This document shows positions 54,281 through 63,474 of a DNA stretch of 64,000 nucleotides, one piece after another (the first letter of the stretch is position 1; each line of letters opens with the position of its first letter). The position numbers and the translations under genes were made by a program. The notes under the pieces are model-generated. The model worked only from the letters and a program-made list of their open reading frames with translations, did no database searches and was not told the origin of the DNA. This DNA is from Thermodesulfobacteriota bacterium (lineage in GTDB: Bacteria; Desulfobacterota; Desulfobacteria; Desulfobacterales; Desulfosudaceae), in NCBI GenBank assembly GCA_034189225.1, contig JAXHVL010000136.1, positions 6,549-70,548 of the forward strand. The letters are read 5' to 3'.

Positions 54281-55035
54281 TGAAAACCATCAATCTGACC
54301 TTACAGGTATGGCGGCAGGAAACCTCCGCAAAAAAGGGCAGGTTTGAGACATATAAAGCGGAAAACATTTCAACGGACATGTCCTTTCTTGAAATGCTGG
54401 ACGTGGTCAACGAGCAGTTGACCCTGGAAGGCCGGGAGCCCATCGCATTCGACCATGACTGCCGGGAAGGCATCTGCGGCATGTGCGGGGCAATGGTGGA
54501 CGGCCATGCCCACGGCCCGCAGAAAGGGACCACCCTTTGCCAGCTTCACATGCGTCACTTCTCGGACGGCGATACCCTGGTGATCGAGCCCTGGCGGGCC
54601 CGGGCGTTCAAGGTGGTCAAAGACCTGGTGGTGGACCGGAGCGCCTTTGACAAGATCATCCAGGAAGGCGGATATGTATCCGTGAACACGGGCGGCACGC
54701 CGGACGGCAACACCCTTCCCATCTCCCAGGAGGCCGCGGAAAAGGCCATGGACGCGGCGGCCTGCATCGGCTGCGGCGCCTGCGTGGCGGCCTGCCCTAA
54801 TGCCTCGGCCATGCTGTTCACGGGTGCGAAGATCTCCCAGTACGCCCTGCTGCCCCAGGGCCGTCCCGAGGCATACAAACGGGCCCGTGCCATGCTGAAG
54901 ATGCACGATGTATGCGGATTCGGCAATTGCTCCAACGAACGGGAATGCGAAGCCCAGTGCCCCAAGGAAATCTCCATTGTCAACATCGCCCGCATGAACC
55001 GGGAATTTCTCAAGGCTGGGTTTTTCGGGGAGTAA
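54280..55035 (+). CDS. sdhB: succinate dehydrogenase / fumarate reductase iron-sulfur subunit
   Basis: 251 aa. 2Fe-2S ligands [10 protein letters not shown], and 4Fe-4S/3Fe-4S clusters [12 protein letters not shown] and [12 protein letters not shown]. Confidence 0.92.
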   Translation: MKTINLTLQVWRQETSAKKGRFETYKAENISTDMSFLEMLDVVNEQLTLEGREPIAFDHDCREGICGMCGAMVDGHAHGPQKGTTLCQLHMRHFSDGDTLVIEPWRARAFKVVKDLVVDRSAFDKIIQEGGYVSVNTGGTPDGNTLPISQEAAEKAMDAAACIGCGACVAACPNASAMLFTGAKISQYALLPQGRPEAYKRARAMLKMHDVCGFGNCSNERECEAQCPKEISIVNIARMNREFLKAGFFGE

Positions 55036-55280
55036 ACATCCGACCCCAGAGGGGCCGGCTTTGGTTACCCCTGTAAGGGGGTTGTTTATAGTCTGAACTC
55101 ACCCTTCGTGAACTTCGTGGTTCAATTGTCTGGCGTTGATTACCACGAAGAGCACGAAGGTCACGAAGATAAATGCATCGCATTGATGCCCCGGAACACT
55201 CCGGTATCTGTTTTGATCATTGGAACATTTGGTATTCGGATTTGTTTCGAGTTTCGAATTTCAAATTTAGTGTTTTTCGC
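55036..55280. repeat. mosaic intergenic repeat block: module A, CACGAAG phased hairpin (55102-55168), module D
   Basis: It has the same module order as 32791-33130. The hairpin is CCTTCGTGAACTTCGTGGTTcaattgtctggcgttgatTACCACGAAGAGCACGAAGGTCACGAAG. Module D is TTTTGATCATTGGAACATTTGGTATTCGGATTTGTTTCGAGTTTCGAATTTC. Confidence 0.7.
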
Positions 55281-55345
55281 ATTGTCTTGACAAAGCCCCT
55301 ACCACTCCTGGCCCGGCTCTAAGATTTTCAAATTGGAAGAACAAA

Positions 55346-55990
55346 ATGCAAGCAGGCATTAACGATACGGCAGATTCCAAATGTCTTCCAAATCGCATCG
55401 GTATCATGGCCGACAGCCACGGTGACGTGACTGCCCTTGAATCGGCCGTTGGTTTTTTAAACAAAGCCGGCTGCGGGACACTCTATCATCTCGGCGACAT
55501 CTGCGAGTCCACCCTTCCGGAAACCGTTGCCCCCTGCGTGTCCGTTATCCAGGACAACAATGTGCTGGCCGTCAAAGGCAACAACGAACACACCGTGTCT
55601 CTCAATACAGCGGAGAATGATGAAAGCGCCATTGCCCTGTTTCTGGGCCGGCTGCCCATGGTGCGGGTTTTACCCGGCGCCCTGTTCACCCATTCCCTCC
55701 CCTTTGAAAAGGACCTGGGCCTTTCCGCCATGATCCGCGCACTCACCGACGAGGCGACCCGCTTTTTCTTTCGGCAGCACCCCGGTGATGTGCTGTTCAG
55801 GGGCCACAGCCATGCGCCGGTATTGATGCATGAAAAAGGCGGTGCTGTCCTGTCAATCCCCATCTCCCTCACCGCGTCGACCCCCCTCGCCCCCTGCCGG
55901 CCCTGCATCATCACCGCCGGCGCCCTCACCGACGGCCTGTGCATGACCTGGGATACGGTGACGGATGAAATACGACTGCATAGTATTTAA
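55346..55990 (+). CDS. metallophosphoesterase family protein (YfcE/MJ0936-like)
   Basis: 214 aa with phosphoesterase motifs IGIMADSHGD, LYHLGDI, GNNEH and RGHSH. Confidence 0.8.
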   Translation: MQAGINDTADSKCLPNRIGIMADSHGDVTALESAVGFLNKAGCGTLYHLGDICESTLPETVAPCVSVIQDNNVLAVKGNNEHTVSLNTAENDESAIALFLGRLPMVRVLPGALFTHSLPFEKDLGLSAMIRALTDEATRFFFRQHPGDVLFRGHSHAPVLMHEKGGAVLSIPISLTASTPLAPCRPCIITAGALTDGLCMTWDTVTDEIRLHSI

Positions 55991-56093
55991 GGGAAAGACC
56001 TTCGCTACACCGGCTGCTGACAATATCACAGCCCCGGTAAATGCAACGGCCATGGGTTGCCCCACGGGCAACCTGACGGTCAGCCCCTGTCAC
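55991..56093. repeat. module G-like repeat ending in the left copy of a 38-bp direct repeat
   Basis: CTTCGCTACACCGGCTGCTGACAAT..., then GGGTTGCCCCACGGGCAACCTGACGGTCAGCCCCTGTCAC (56054-56093). A second copy lies at 56739-56776. Confidence 0.6.
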
Positions 56094-56229
56094 CCATTTT
56101 TTAAGAGTGTATCAACACTAACAGGCACAAACCATGATCGAAACTTGTTTCTGCGGTCAATTTTTGATATAAAATAAGAAATGAGTTCATATTTGAGCAG
56201 GTGCTGAATAGTGACAAAGGAAAAGCATC

Positions 56230-56457
56230 GTGGCAATTAAGTTCTCTCGTCATGCCAGACGAAGGGCACAACTCTATAATTTGCCCGAGAAAGTTATTAA
56301 TGACATTATTTCAGAAGCGATGCTGAGTGACGGGGAGCACATCTTAATTAAAGATATTACTGGTTTCAAATATCCGGTTAAAGTGGTTGTACGGGTTGAG
56401 GGTGACCTATTGACGATTATCACCAATTACCCATTAAAGAAAGGTCGTGGACAATGA
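56230..56457 (+). CDS. DUF4258-like small protein (putative toxin component)
   Basis: 75 aa with a GTG start. The N-terminus IKFSRHARRRAQLYNLPEKVI resembles the DUF4258 H-x-x-x-R-M/A pattern. There is a 4-nt overlap with the next gene. The region is AT-rich. Confidence 0.65.
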   Translation: MAIKFSRHARRRAQLYNLPEKVINDIISEAMLSDGEHILIKDITGFKYPVKVVVRVEGDLLTIITNYPLKKGRGQ

Positions 56458-56681
56458 AAGTTTATTATGATGAAAAAGTCGATGCCCTTTATCTTAAACT
56501 TGGGGACCAGGAGCCGGATGGTGTTATTGAAATAACCGAAGGCGTGAATATTGACACCACAGCCGAAGGTAAACTGACCGGCATTGAAATCCTCCAAGCA
56601 TCCCAAAAAATAGATATCGAAACCATTCTCTCCTATACCATTGAGCTGGCGCATCCCTTTTCCGCAAAAAAGATCGCTTGA
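56454..56681 (+). CDS. DUF2283 family small protein (putative antitoxin component)
   Basis: 75 aa. MKVYYDEKVDALYLKLGD...EGVNIDTTAEGKLTGIEILQAS is the characteristic DUF2283 sequence. Confidence 0.75.
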   Translation: MKVYYDEKVDALYLKLGDQEPDGVIEITEGVNIDTTAEGKLTGIEILQASQKIDIETILSYTIELAHPFSAKKIA

Positions 56682-56738
56682 CATTCTCACAATAAAAATT
56701 GTACAGGCGGATGTCGCGGCTCGAAACGGCTAGGCCGA

Positions 56739-56865
56739 GGGTTACCCACGGGCAACCTGACGGTCAGCCCTGCCACTATTTAAATATCTATATTTTCAAG
56801 ATATCGTTTTTATTCATACTTTTCTTTGGGCGAGCAAAGAAAAGTATGAAAGAAAAAAGCGTGTT
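56739..56865. repeat. right copy of the 38-bp direct repeat plus the module F palindrome
   Basis: GGGTTACCCACGGGCAACCTGACGGTCAGCCCTGCCAC (56739-56776). The palindrome is TTCATACTTTTCTTTGggcgagCAAAGAAAAGTATGAA (about 56812-56850). Confidence 0.6.
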
Positions 56866-56876
56866 CTATTTAAATG

Positions 56877-57809
56877 CTAAACCGCTTCTTCCACCGCTTT
56901 GATAAAGCGCATCCATGTTTCAAAAAATTCGTCGGCGGGCATGGAATCCGGGGTGCGCAGCTCCAGGGTGGCGCTGGCCAGGTTCAGCCGGATATCGGTG
57001 AAGATGGTGGTGAAATGGTATTTGAAGGCATTGAAACCGGTGTCCGATGATTCATGGAACGGTACGTCCTCGCCCAGCACTTCCGCGTCTACAGCCACGC
57101 GGACGAATTCCGACAGCACGTCGCGGGGCGCCGTGTGGGCTTCCACGGCATCATATGGCATGCCGCAGCGGCAGGGATCGGTATGATCCCATATATCGCG
57201 CCGTTCCGGGCTCATCCGGAAGTCCGGGCTTTGAGCCAGCTGCTGCAAAAGCTGAAACAGGGCGGGCAGCTCTTCAAGGGTTTGGATCGCCGCATGGAGA
57301 TGAATGGAGGCTGTGCCCTTCATCATCTCCAGCCCCCGGGTATCGACCTTTGCCAGGCGCTCATGAAGGTTGAGATACCGTTTGGCCGACAGACAGAGCG
57401 GTGCTGCTGCGCGGCCGGGGATATATCCTTTGGCCAGATAATTGATCCCGCACTCCTGCCGGATGGTTTCATTGATGTTGGCGATCACGCCCAGGGTGGA
57501 CAGAAAGGCCTCCTCATCACGGGCGGAAATCGGCGTACTGTGGTATTCGATCTGGCCGCCGGGCTCAAAGGTGACCCCCATACCCTCGGCATTGTAGAAC
57601 ATCTTTCCTTCGGGATAAAACCCTAGGGTCTCCAGGCAGGCATACAGCTTATCGATGCAGTCGGACGTGGGCGGGGTTTCTGGCAGAAATTCATACTCGA
57701 ATCCGTAGGTTCGGGGACCATCCGTTGAAATTTTCTTTAGCAGCAGACTCAACAGCCTGTAAGTATAATCCCAGATCAGCTTTTTCCGCTCTGATGTTGC
57801 CGGTCCCAC
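56877..57809 (-). CDS. short glutamate-cysteine ligase family 2 (GCS2)-like carboxylate-amine ligase
   Basis: 310 aa. The GTG start at 57809 lies 6 nt after AGGAGG. Motifs YGFEYEF and FEPGGQIEYHS resemble plant/proteobacterial gamma-GCS-type ligases. There is a 34-nt overlap with the asnB-like gene. Confidence 0.7.
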   Translation of the reverse strand: MGPATSERKKLIWDYTYRLLSLLLKKISTDGPRTYGFEYEFLPETPPTSDCIDKLYACLETLGFYPEGKMFYNAEGMGVTFEPGGQIEYHSTPISARDEEAFLSTLGVIANINETIRQECGINYLAKGYIPGRAAAPLCLSAKRYLNLHERLAKVDTRGLEMMKGTASIHLHAAIQTLEELPALFQLLQQLAQSPDFRMSPERRDIWDHTDPCRCGMPYDAVEAHTAPRDVLSEFVRVAVDAEVLGEDVPFHESSDTGFNAFKYHFTTIFTDIRLNLASATLELRTPDSMPADEFFETWMRFIKAVEEAV

Positions 57810-59707
57810 TGTTGTCCTCCTGAATATTTGAAGATTTCATACCACAACGTAAACATTATCACCGCAAACACACGGTCTGCTTCGGACACCAAGGTGTCCG
57901 GTCCTACATTGTTATGCGATACCATATTAACGCGCTGTTTAAAAGCCTTTTCATTCAACACGCCGTGACGGCGGACCACATCGCCAAAAAGAATATCCTG
58001 CAAAAAACCGGGAAGCGATTGCGGGACGGACAACCAATCGGCAATGGGACTGGTAAAGGGTTGTTTTTTCCGGAATGCCGTTTCATGGTCGATGACGTTA
58101 TGCCGGGCCAGGGCCCGGCGGCAGATGATCTTGCTTTGGGCCTGCCGGCTGTCAACCTTGAGATGAACGGGCAGGCCGCCGGCAAATTCCGCAAGCCGGT
58201 AATCCAGAAAGGGGGTGCGGGTCTCAAGGGAATGCCGCATAGACAGCTTATCCAGGCGAAGAATCACATAATCCGGCAGACGCGCCCTGCTTTCAATGGC
58301 AATGGCCGTGTTTACCGGGTGAGCAGCCGGATTCAAAGCAGGAACGGCATCTTCGGGAAAGCTTGCATCCCCCCGGCCGGCGCCCAGCAGCGCCGCCAGG
58401 TCGGCGGACTCGAAAAGCATTTCACTCTGAATATAACGTGCCACCGGATCATGATGCCGTTTTGCCATATAGGCACTCAGTTCCGGATAAAGCGCGTCCA
58501 GTCCGGCGCGGCCGGCCGCATCCAGATCCGGATAGCGCAAGGCCGCATCTTCCAGAAGAAACTTCCGGTACCCGGCAAACACCTCGTCCGCACCTTCGCC
58601 GGTAAGTACTACCTTGACATGGGAACCGGCCAGGCTGCACACCTGGTCCGTGGGCAACACCGCCGCCAGGGACAACGGCTCCTCCAAGGAAGTCACGATA
58701 TCCGGCAGGGTTTCCAGGGTTTCAATGCCGCACGATCGGGTGATATGTTCACAATGGGCAAACCGGTCGGCCCTGGCCGCGATGAACCGCTCCACGTCCG
58801 GCAGTTCATTATATTTAGCCTCGTTAAAGGCCATGGTAAACAGTTTTACCTTTTTCTTTTCCGCGGCGGTGGCCGAGGCCACAGCAGACGAATCAATGCC
58901 CCCGCTCAAAAGGCTCCCCACTTCCACATCCGAGCGCAGGCGAATCCTGACGGCATCGGAAAAAAGTTCGTAAAAGGCATCTTCCGCCGCCGCATCGGAC
59001 ATATGGGCCGTTTCCTGCCAGGGGCGATACTCCCAGTACCGGCGAATCCTATGGGTCCGACACCTCAGGTCATATTCAAGAAAGGACCCCGGAGGCAACC
59101 TGTATATTCCCTCGAACATGGTGGCCGCCCCCGGCAAATAGCGGTAAGTAAAAAAGGTGGGCAGGGCCGCTTCGTTGAGACCGGCGGGACGGTTACCCGC
59201 TGCCAGCAGCGGCCGGATTTCCGATGAAAAAAAGAAATCCCCGTCCTGTTCCGTATAATAAAGGGGTTTAATGCCGAACCGATCCCGGAACAGCAGGACC
59301 CTGCCCGCTCGGGGATCAAAAATGGCGCCGGCATACATGCCGTTCAGCGCATCAAGAAAATCGACGCCCCGTTTGCGATAGAGGTGCATGGCCACCTCGA
59401 TATCCCCCCGGGAGATAAAAGGTGCATCCGCCACCTCGGGCTTGAGTTCAACATAATTATAGACCTGGCCGTTGCACACGATGGCCGTGCCGTCGGATTC
59501 ACAGACAATGGGCTGCATACCGGTTTCCAGATCAAGAATCGACAGCCGGACAAGGCCCAACCCCACATTCATGCCGGAAGTGGTAAACACGTTTTCCCGT
59601 TGCGCATCCGGCCCCCGGTGCCGCTGGGTTTTGCCCATCACCGTCAATCGCCGGGCGATTTCATTCGTTGGCAAAGTTTGTGAAATGATTCCGCAAATGC
59701 CGCACAT
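57776..59707 (-). CDS. asparagine synthetase B-type glutamine-dependent amidotransferase
   Basis: 643 aa. Ntn-amidotransferase start MCGICGI, and PP-loop synthetase domain SLLSGGIDSSAVA. GGGGGAGG lies upstream of the ATG. Confidence 0.92.
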   Translation of the reverse strand: MCGICGIISQTLPTNEIARRLTVMGKTQRHRGPDAQRENVFTTSGMNVGLGLVRLSILDLETGMQPIVCESDGTAIVCNGQVYNYVELKPEVADAPFISRGDIEVAMHLYRKRGVDFLDALNGMYAGAIFDPRAGRVLLFRDRFGIKPLYYTEQDGDFFFSSEIRPLLAAGNRPAGLNEAALPTFFTYRYLPGAATMFEGIYRLPPGSFLEYDLRCRTHRIRRYWEYRPWQETAHMSDAAAEDAFYELFSDAVRIRLRSDVEVGSLLSGGIDSSAVASATAAEKKKVKLFTMAFNEAKYNELPDVERFIAARADRFAHCEHITRSCGIETLETLPDIVTSLEEPLSLAAVLPTDQVCSLAGSHVKVVLTGEGADEVFAGYRKFLLEDAALRYPDLDAAGRAGLDALYPELSAYMAKRHHDPVARYIQSEMLFESADLAALLGAGRGDASFPEDAVPALNPAAHPVNTAIAIESRARLPDYVILRLDKLSMRHSLETRTPFLDYRLAEFAGGLPVHLKVDSRQAQSKIICRRALARHNVIDHETAFRKKQPFTSPIADWLSVPQSLPGFLQDILFGDVVRRHGVLNEKAFKQRVNMVSHNNVGPDTLVSEADRVFAVIMFTLWYEIFKYSGGQQWDRQHQSGKS

Positions 59708-59863
59708 TCAAACCTCCCCCTATAGCTTTTTTCTCGACAGATACCAGCACAACATCCTGTAAACATCGGTTTCCGTTCCCACGCAAAAGCATGGTAACGA
59801 AAAAGCATGCTGTAAACAATATGTTAAATTCTAACACCCGGAGACATGAAAACAATAAAAAAA

Positions 59864-59927
59864 ACCCGGGCATTGCAAACAATACCCGGGGTGAAAAAAA
59901 ACTGGACGGGCATAGGAGCCCGTCCAG
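59864..59927 (-). terminator. two tandem rho-independent terminators downstream of cooS
   Basis: On the minus strand, CTGGACGGGctcctatgCCCGTCCAG is followed by TTTTTTTT. Then CACCCCGGGtattgtttgcaatgCCCGGG is followed by TTTTTTTT. Confidence 0.6.
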
Positions 59928-60149
59928 CGATAGGTTTCCGACCAGAGGGGAGGAGGGGAGGGGACTGGCCGAAAACCCGATTGTGGCTGTTGCACCGTAT
60001 GGGGAAACCGATGCAATGACCAGCATTATAATTAATCTTTTTTTAACGTTTTGATTAAAATCTTTATAGCATCATTTTTGCCACTTGGCAATAGATAATT
60101 TTCTTCATCAGTATAAAAAAATAATACATCCTTTTTTTTTGTCAAACCA

Positions 60150-62111
60150 TTAATCAAGTGTCCGGCGATCTGCCATATCCACCAGAACCCGCTCGCGTGT
60201 CTTGTCGATACCAAGATCGCGCCGTTTTTTATCGATATGGGCGATCATCAGCCGCGCCATTTCATACGGATCTTCGGCAAACCCCCATTTCCCGAGTCCA
60301 TTCTGCTCAAGCCCGTCAAAGAGATGATCGTGGAACTTTGTCTCTTTGACAATGGGGAATGTCACTCCGAACACAGTGTATACCCCGGACGCCACAAAAT
60401 ACTGGCCGATGGAAATGGCCTTTTCACTCATCCACTCAGGCGCGGCACCGGCCACTGGCAGTTCCGCGATGGTTTCACCCAGCCCGCCTTCCTTTACCAT
60501 GGCGGCGGTGGCGATCAGTATGCGGCTGTTATCCACGCAGGAACCGACGCCCAGCACCGGCGGCATACCAACGGCCTCACAGACTTCCTGCAGGCCCGGC
60601 CCGGCCAGAACCGCTGCCTCCGGTGAGGTCAGGCCGGCCTTTGCAAGGGATATCTCTGAACACCCGGTCTGCAGCACCAGCACGTCGTTCTTGATCAGTT
60701 CCTTGACCAGCTCCACATGCACCCAGTCATGTTTGACCCTCGGATTGGTGCACCCCACCACACCGGCAACGCCCCTTATTCTGCCGTTTATGATGTTGTC
60801 GTTCAAAGGGGTGTAACCAGCGCGGAAGCTTCCGCCCAGCATATAGTTGATATATTCATGGGAAAACCCGTGCACCCCTTTATTGACGATATTAGGTATT
60901 TCAATGGGCAACTTCCGGTTTTTAAACCGGGAGATGGCCTTGATCACGATCTCGTCCGTGCATGCCATTGGATCATGCTCATGAAATTCCACATGCTTGG
61001 CGCCCTGAATATGGCAGCGGGGATTGGTGGTAAACAATTCCGTTCCGTAACATTCGGCCACTGGGGCCAGGCCCTGCTTAATACACTGCACATCAACACA
61101 CATGGCATCCACCGCGCCGGTGACCAGAATGGCCTCGGTTGACATGAAATTCCCGGCGTGGGGAACACCGTGGCGAACCAGCATTTCCGCACCGGAACAG
61201 CACATCCCTACCAGATTAATGCCATCGGCACCTGCATCTTTTGCCGCCTGAACCAGGGTCGGCGACACCACGGAAACCAGCATAGACTCAAACAGATTGG
61301 GCTCATGGCCGTGAACAATGATGTTCACCATGTTCTCTTTGAGCGTGCCCATGTTCACTTCGATCTGAACAGGCGAAGGCGTACCAAACAGAATATCCGA
61401 AATTTCAGTAGCCACCATGGACCCGCCCCATCCGTCAGCAAGGGCGGTACGGCTGATCTGCCTGGACATGTTTTCATAATGCTGGTCCACCCCCATATGG
61501 GTTCTGTGCATAATTTCCATAATCTCGCGCATGGCCCCCCGGGGAACAATACCGAGTTTCCGCCAGGTTTCAAGGGTTTTTTCCGGCACCCGTTTGGCAA
61601 AGGGGATTTCCCCCTCTATCTGGGTGTAGGTTCTCTCAAGCTCCTGGTACAACTCATGGGCAATGGCTTCCACCGACTTGTCGGTAATATCAATGCCGAT
61701 GGATTCAGCTACCTCATTCAGCTTGCTGACGTCCTTGATGGTGTATTCTTTGATCTTTCCATTCACCACCTCCCGGAACAGATCCAGCATTGACATGCCA
61801 TGGTCGGTATGGGCCGAAGTTCCGGAAGCCACCATCCTGGCAAAATTCCGGGACATTATTGTATCAATATCCGCACCGCAAACCCCCACTTTTTTATAGG
61901 GATCCTTGGCATTCAGGCGACAGGGTCCCATGGAACAATGCTTACAACAGGCGGAATCCGCACCGATGGGACATGCTTTCATGTTAGCCGCGCGGTCAAA
62001 AGCGGTTTCCACGCCGTCCCGCTGAGCCTTTTCCAGCATCTGGCTGGTGGCCTCACAGATGGTTACAGATCGGGGATTTATTTTTTTATCCTTATCATCT
62101 TTTTTCATCAT
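60150..62111 (-). CDS. cooS: anaerobic Ni-Fe-S carbon monoxide dehydrogenase catalytic subunit
   Basis: 653 aa with AAGGAGG upstream. N-terminal cluster motifs ACPIGADSACCKHCSMGPCRL and VCGA. The HGHEP, GMCCSG and GSCVDN regions are typical of CooS. Confidence 0.93.
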   Translation of the reverse strand: MMKKDDKDKKINPRSVTICEATSQMLEKAQRDGVETAFDRAANMKACPIGADSACCKHCSMGPCRLNAKDPYKKVGVCGADIDTIMSRNFARMVASGTSAHTDHGMSMLDLFREVVNGKIKEYTIKDVSKLNEVAESIGIDITDKSVEAIAHELYQELERTYTQIEGEIPFAKRVPEKTLETWRKLGIVPRGAMREIMEIMHRTHMGVDQHYENMSRQISRTALADGWGGSMVATEISDILFGTPSPVQIEVNMGTLKENMVNIIVHGHEPNLFESMLVSVVSPTLVQAAKDAGADGINLVGMCCSGAEMLVRHGVPHAGNFMSTEAILVTGAVDAMCVDVQCIKQGLAPVAECYGTELFTTNPRCHIQGAKHVEFHEHDPMACTDEIVIKAISRFKNRKLPIEIPNIVNKGVHGFSHEYINYMLGGSFRAGYTPLNDNIINGRIRGVAGVVGCTNPRVKHDWVHVELVKELIKNDVLVLQTGCSEISLAKAGLTSPEAAVLAGPGLQEVCEAVGMPPVLGVGSCVDNSRILIATAAMVKEGGLGETIAELPVAGAAPEWMSEKAISIGQYFVASGVYTVFGVTFPIVKETKFHDHLFDGLEQNGLGKWGFAEDPYEMARLMIAHIDKKRRDLGIDKTRERVLVDMADRRTLD

Positions 62112-62571
62112 TTTCCTCCTTCATGGATGGGTTATCACAGTACTCTTTTTATAGGAGTCCAAAATCCATGCCACTATCCCCTTCAGTGACAGTAAAAAAA
62201 ACCGTTTTTCACTATAAGGATTTCGGTGTCACCGCTCATTATCAATAACTATTTGTAATGATTAATCTAATTTTCAGCAAATCCAGAGGCAGGCGCCGGT
62301 CTATCTGTGGCCTTCGAAAGTGCCTTATCCCGTCCACCCCGCTTCGGCCTTGACGATACTCCTGTTGTTTCACTAAAATTAATACACCTTTGTTTCATTT
62401 CAATGGCCAATACACGAGACACTCCCTCTTTCATCTTTCTCTTCTTTCACGCCGGCGGCCTCGAAAAAAGCAACCAGACGGCTGAAAAAAAGCTTGCGAT
62501 TCACCCGGTTGTTGCGATAAAAAAGGGAGTCTTAATGATCGGTTTTGAACCGTAACAAGGAGTATGGATAA

Positions 62572-63441
62572 ATGCACTACGAAGGAAACATGATCCGGCC
62601 GCCCAGCGAGGCCTACAGTATTTTGCTGCAGGCCACGGTAGGCTGCTCTCACAACAAATGCACGTTCTGCGGCGCATACAAGGGCCAGCGGTTTAAAATC
62701 AAATCCGATGATATCATCATGGAAGATATCGCGTTTGCCGCGCGTCACTGCCGTCATCAGAACCGGCTGTTCATCTGCGACGGTGACGCCCTGATCATTC
62801 CGCAGAAAAGGCTGCTGCCCATCCTCAAAGAAATTGAGCGACAGCTTCCCTGGGTGGAGCGGGTCGGCGTTTACGCCAACACCAAGGGATTGAAGATGAA
62901 AACGCCGGAAGAACTTCGGGAGCTGAGAGCCCACGGCCTGAAAATCGCCTATATGGGCCTTGAATCTGGCGATGATGAAATCCTGAAAAAGGTTAACAAG
63001 GGGGCCTCCGCCGCCACCATGATTGAAATGGGGAGGAAGGCGCGGGATGCCGGCATCAAGCTGTCCATCACCGTTCTGCTGGGGCTGGGCGGCCGGGAAC
63101 GGTCGGAAATCCACGCGCAGAAAACCGGGGAAGTCCTCACGGCCATCGACCCGGAATATGTGGGCGCCCTGAGCCTGATGCTGATACCGGGCACTGCCCT
63201 GTACGAGGAATATGAAGCCGGCAACTTTCCGGTTCTCACACCCGATGAAACCCTTCGGGAATTGCGGACCATGATCGCCGCCACCGATATGAACAATGGC
63301 CTGTTTCACGCCAACCACGCATCCAATTACCTGCCCATCAAGGCCAGGATGCCAGAGGACAAGGCGCAGTCCCTGGAACTGATTGACGCGGCCCTTGCCG
63401 GTGAAATCGAACTGCGGCCGGAACACTTGAGAGCGCTATAA
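62572..63441 (+). CDS. radical SAM protein (single-domain, substrate unknown)
   Basis: 289 aa with AAGGAG upstream. The CxxxCxxC motif is GCSHNKCTFCGAY, and the rest has an Elp3-like TIM-barrel pattern. Confidence 0.85.
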   Translation: MHYEGNMIRPPSEAYSILLQATVGCSHNKCTFCGAYKGQRFKIKSDDIIMEDIAFAARHCRHQNRLFICDGDALIIPQKRLLPILKEIERQLPWVERVGVYANTKGLKMKTPEELRELRAHGLKIAYMGLESGDDEILKKVNKGASAATMIEMGRKARDAGIKLSITVLLGLGGRERSEIHAQKTGEVLTAIDPEYVGALSLMLIPGTALYEEYEAGNFPVLTPDETLRELRTMIAATDMNNGLFHANHASNYLPIKARMPEDKAQSLELIDAALAGEIELRPEHLRAL

Positions 63442-63474
63442 CAACAACCGCATTAAAACAAGCTGGAGACCGAC

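Noticed and set aside
62150-62260. Inverted repeats AGTGA...TCACT and GTGACA...TGTCAC upstream of cooS, considered as a CooA/CRP-family operator.
   Set aside because: The spacing (about 20 and about 35 nt) does not fit the TGTGA-N6-TCACA class or the CooA-type sites I know. No regulator gene is nearby.
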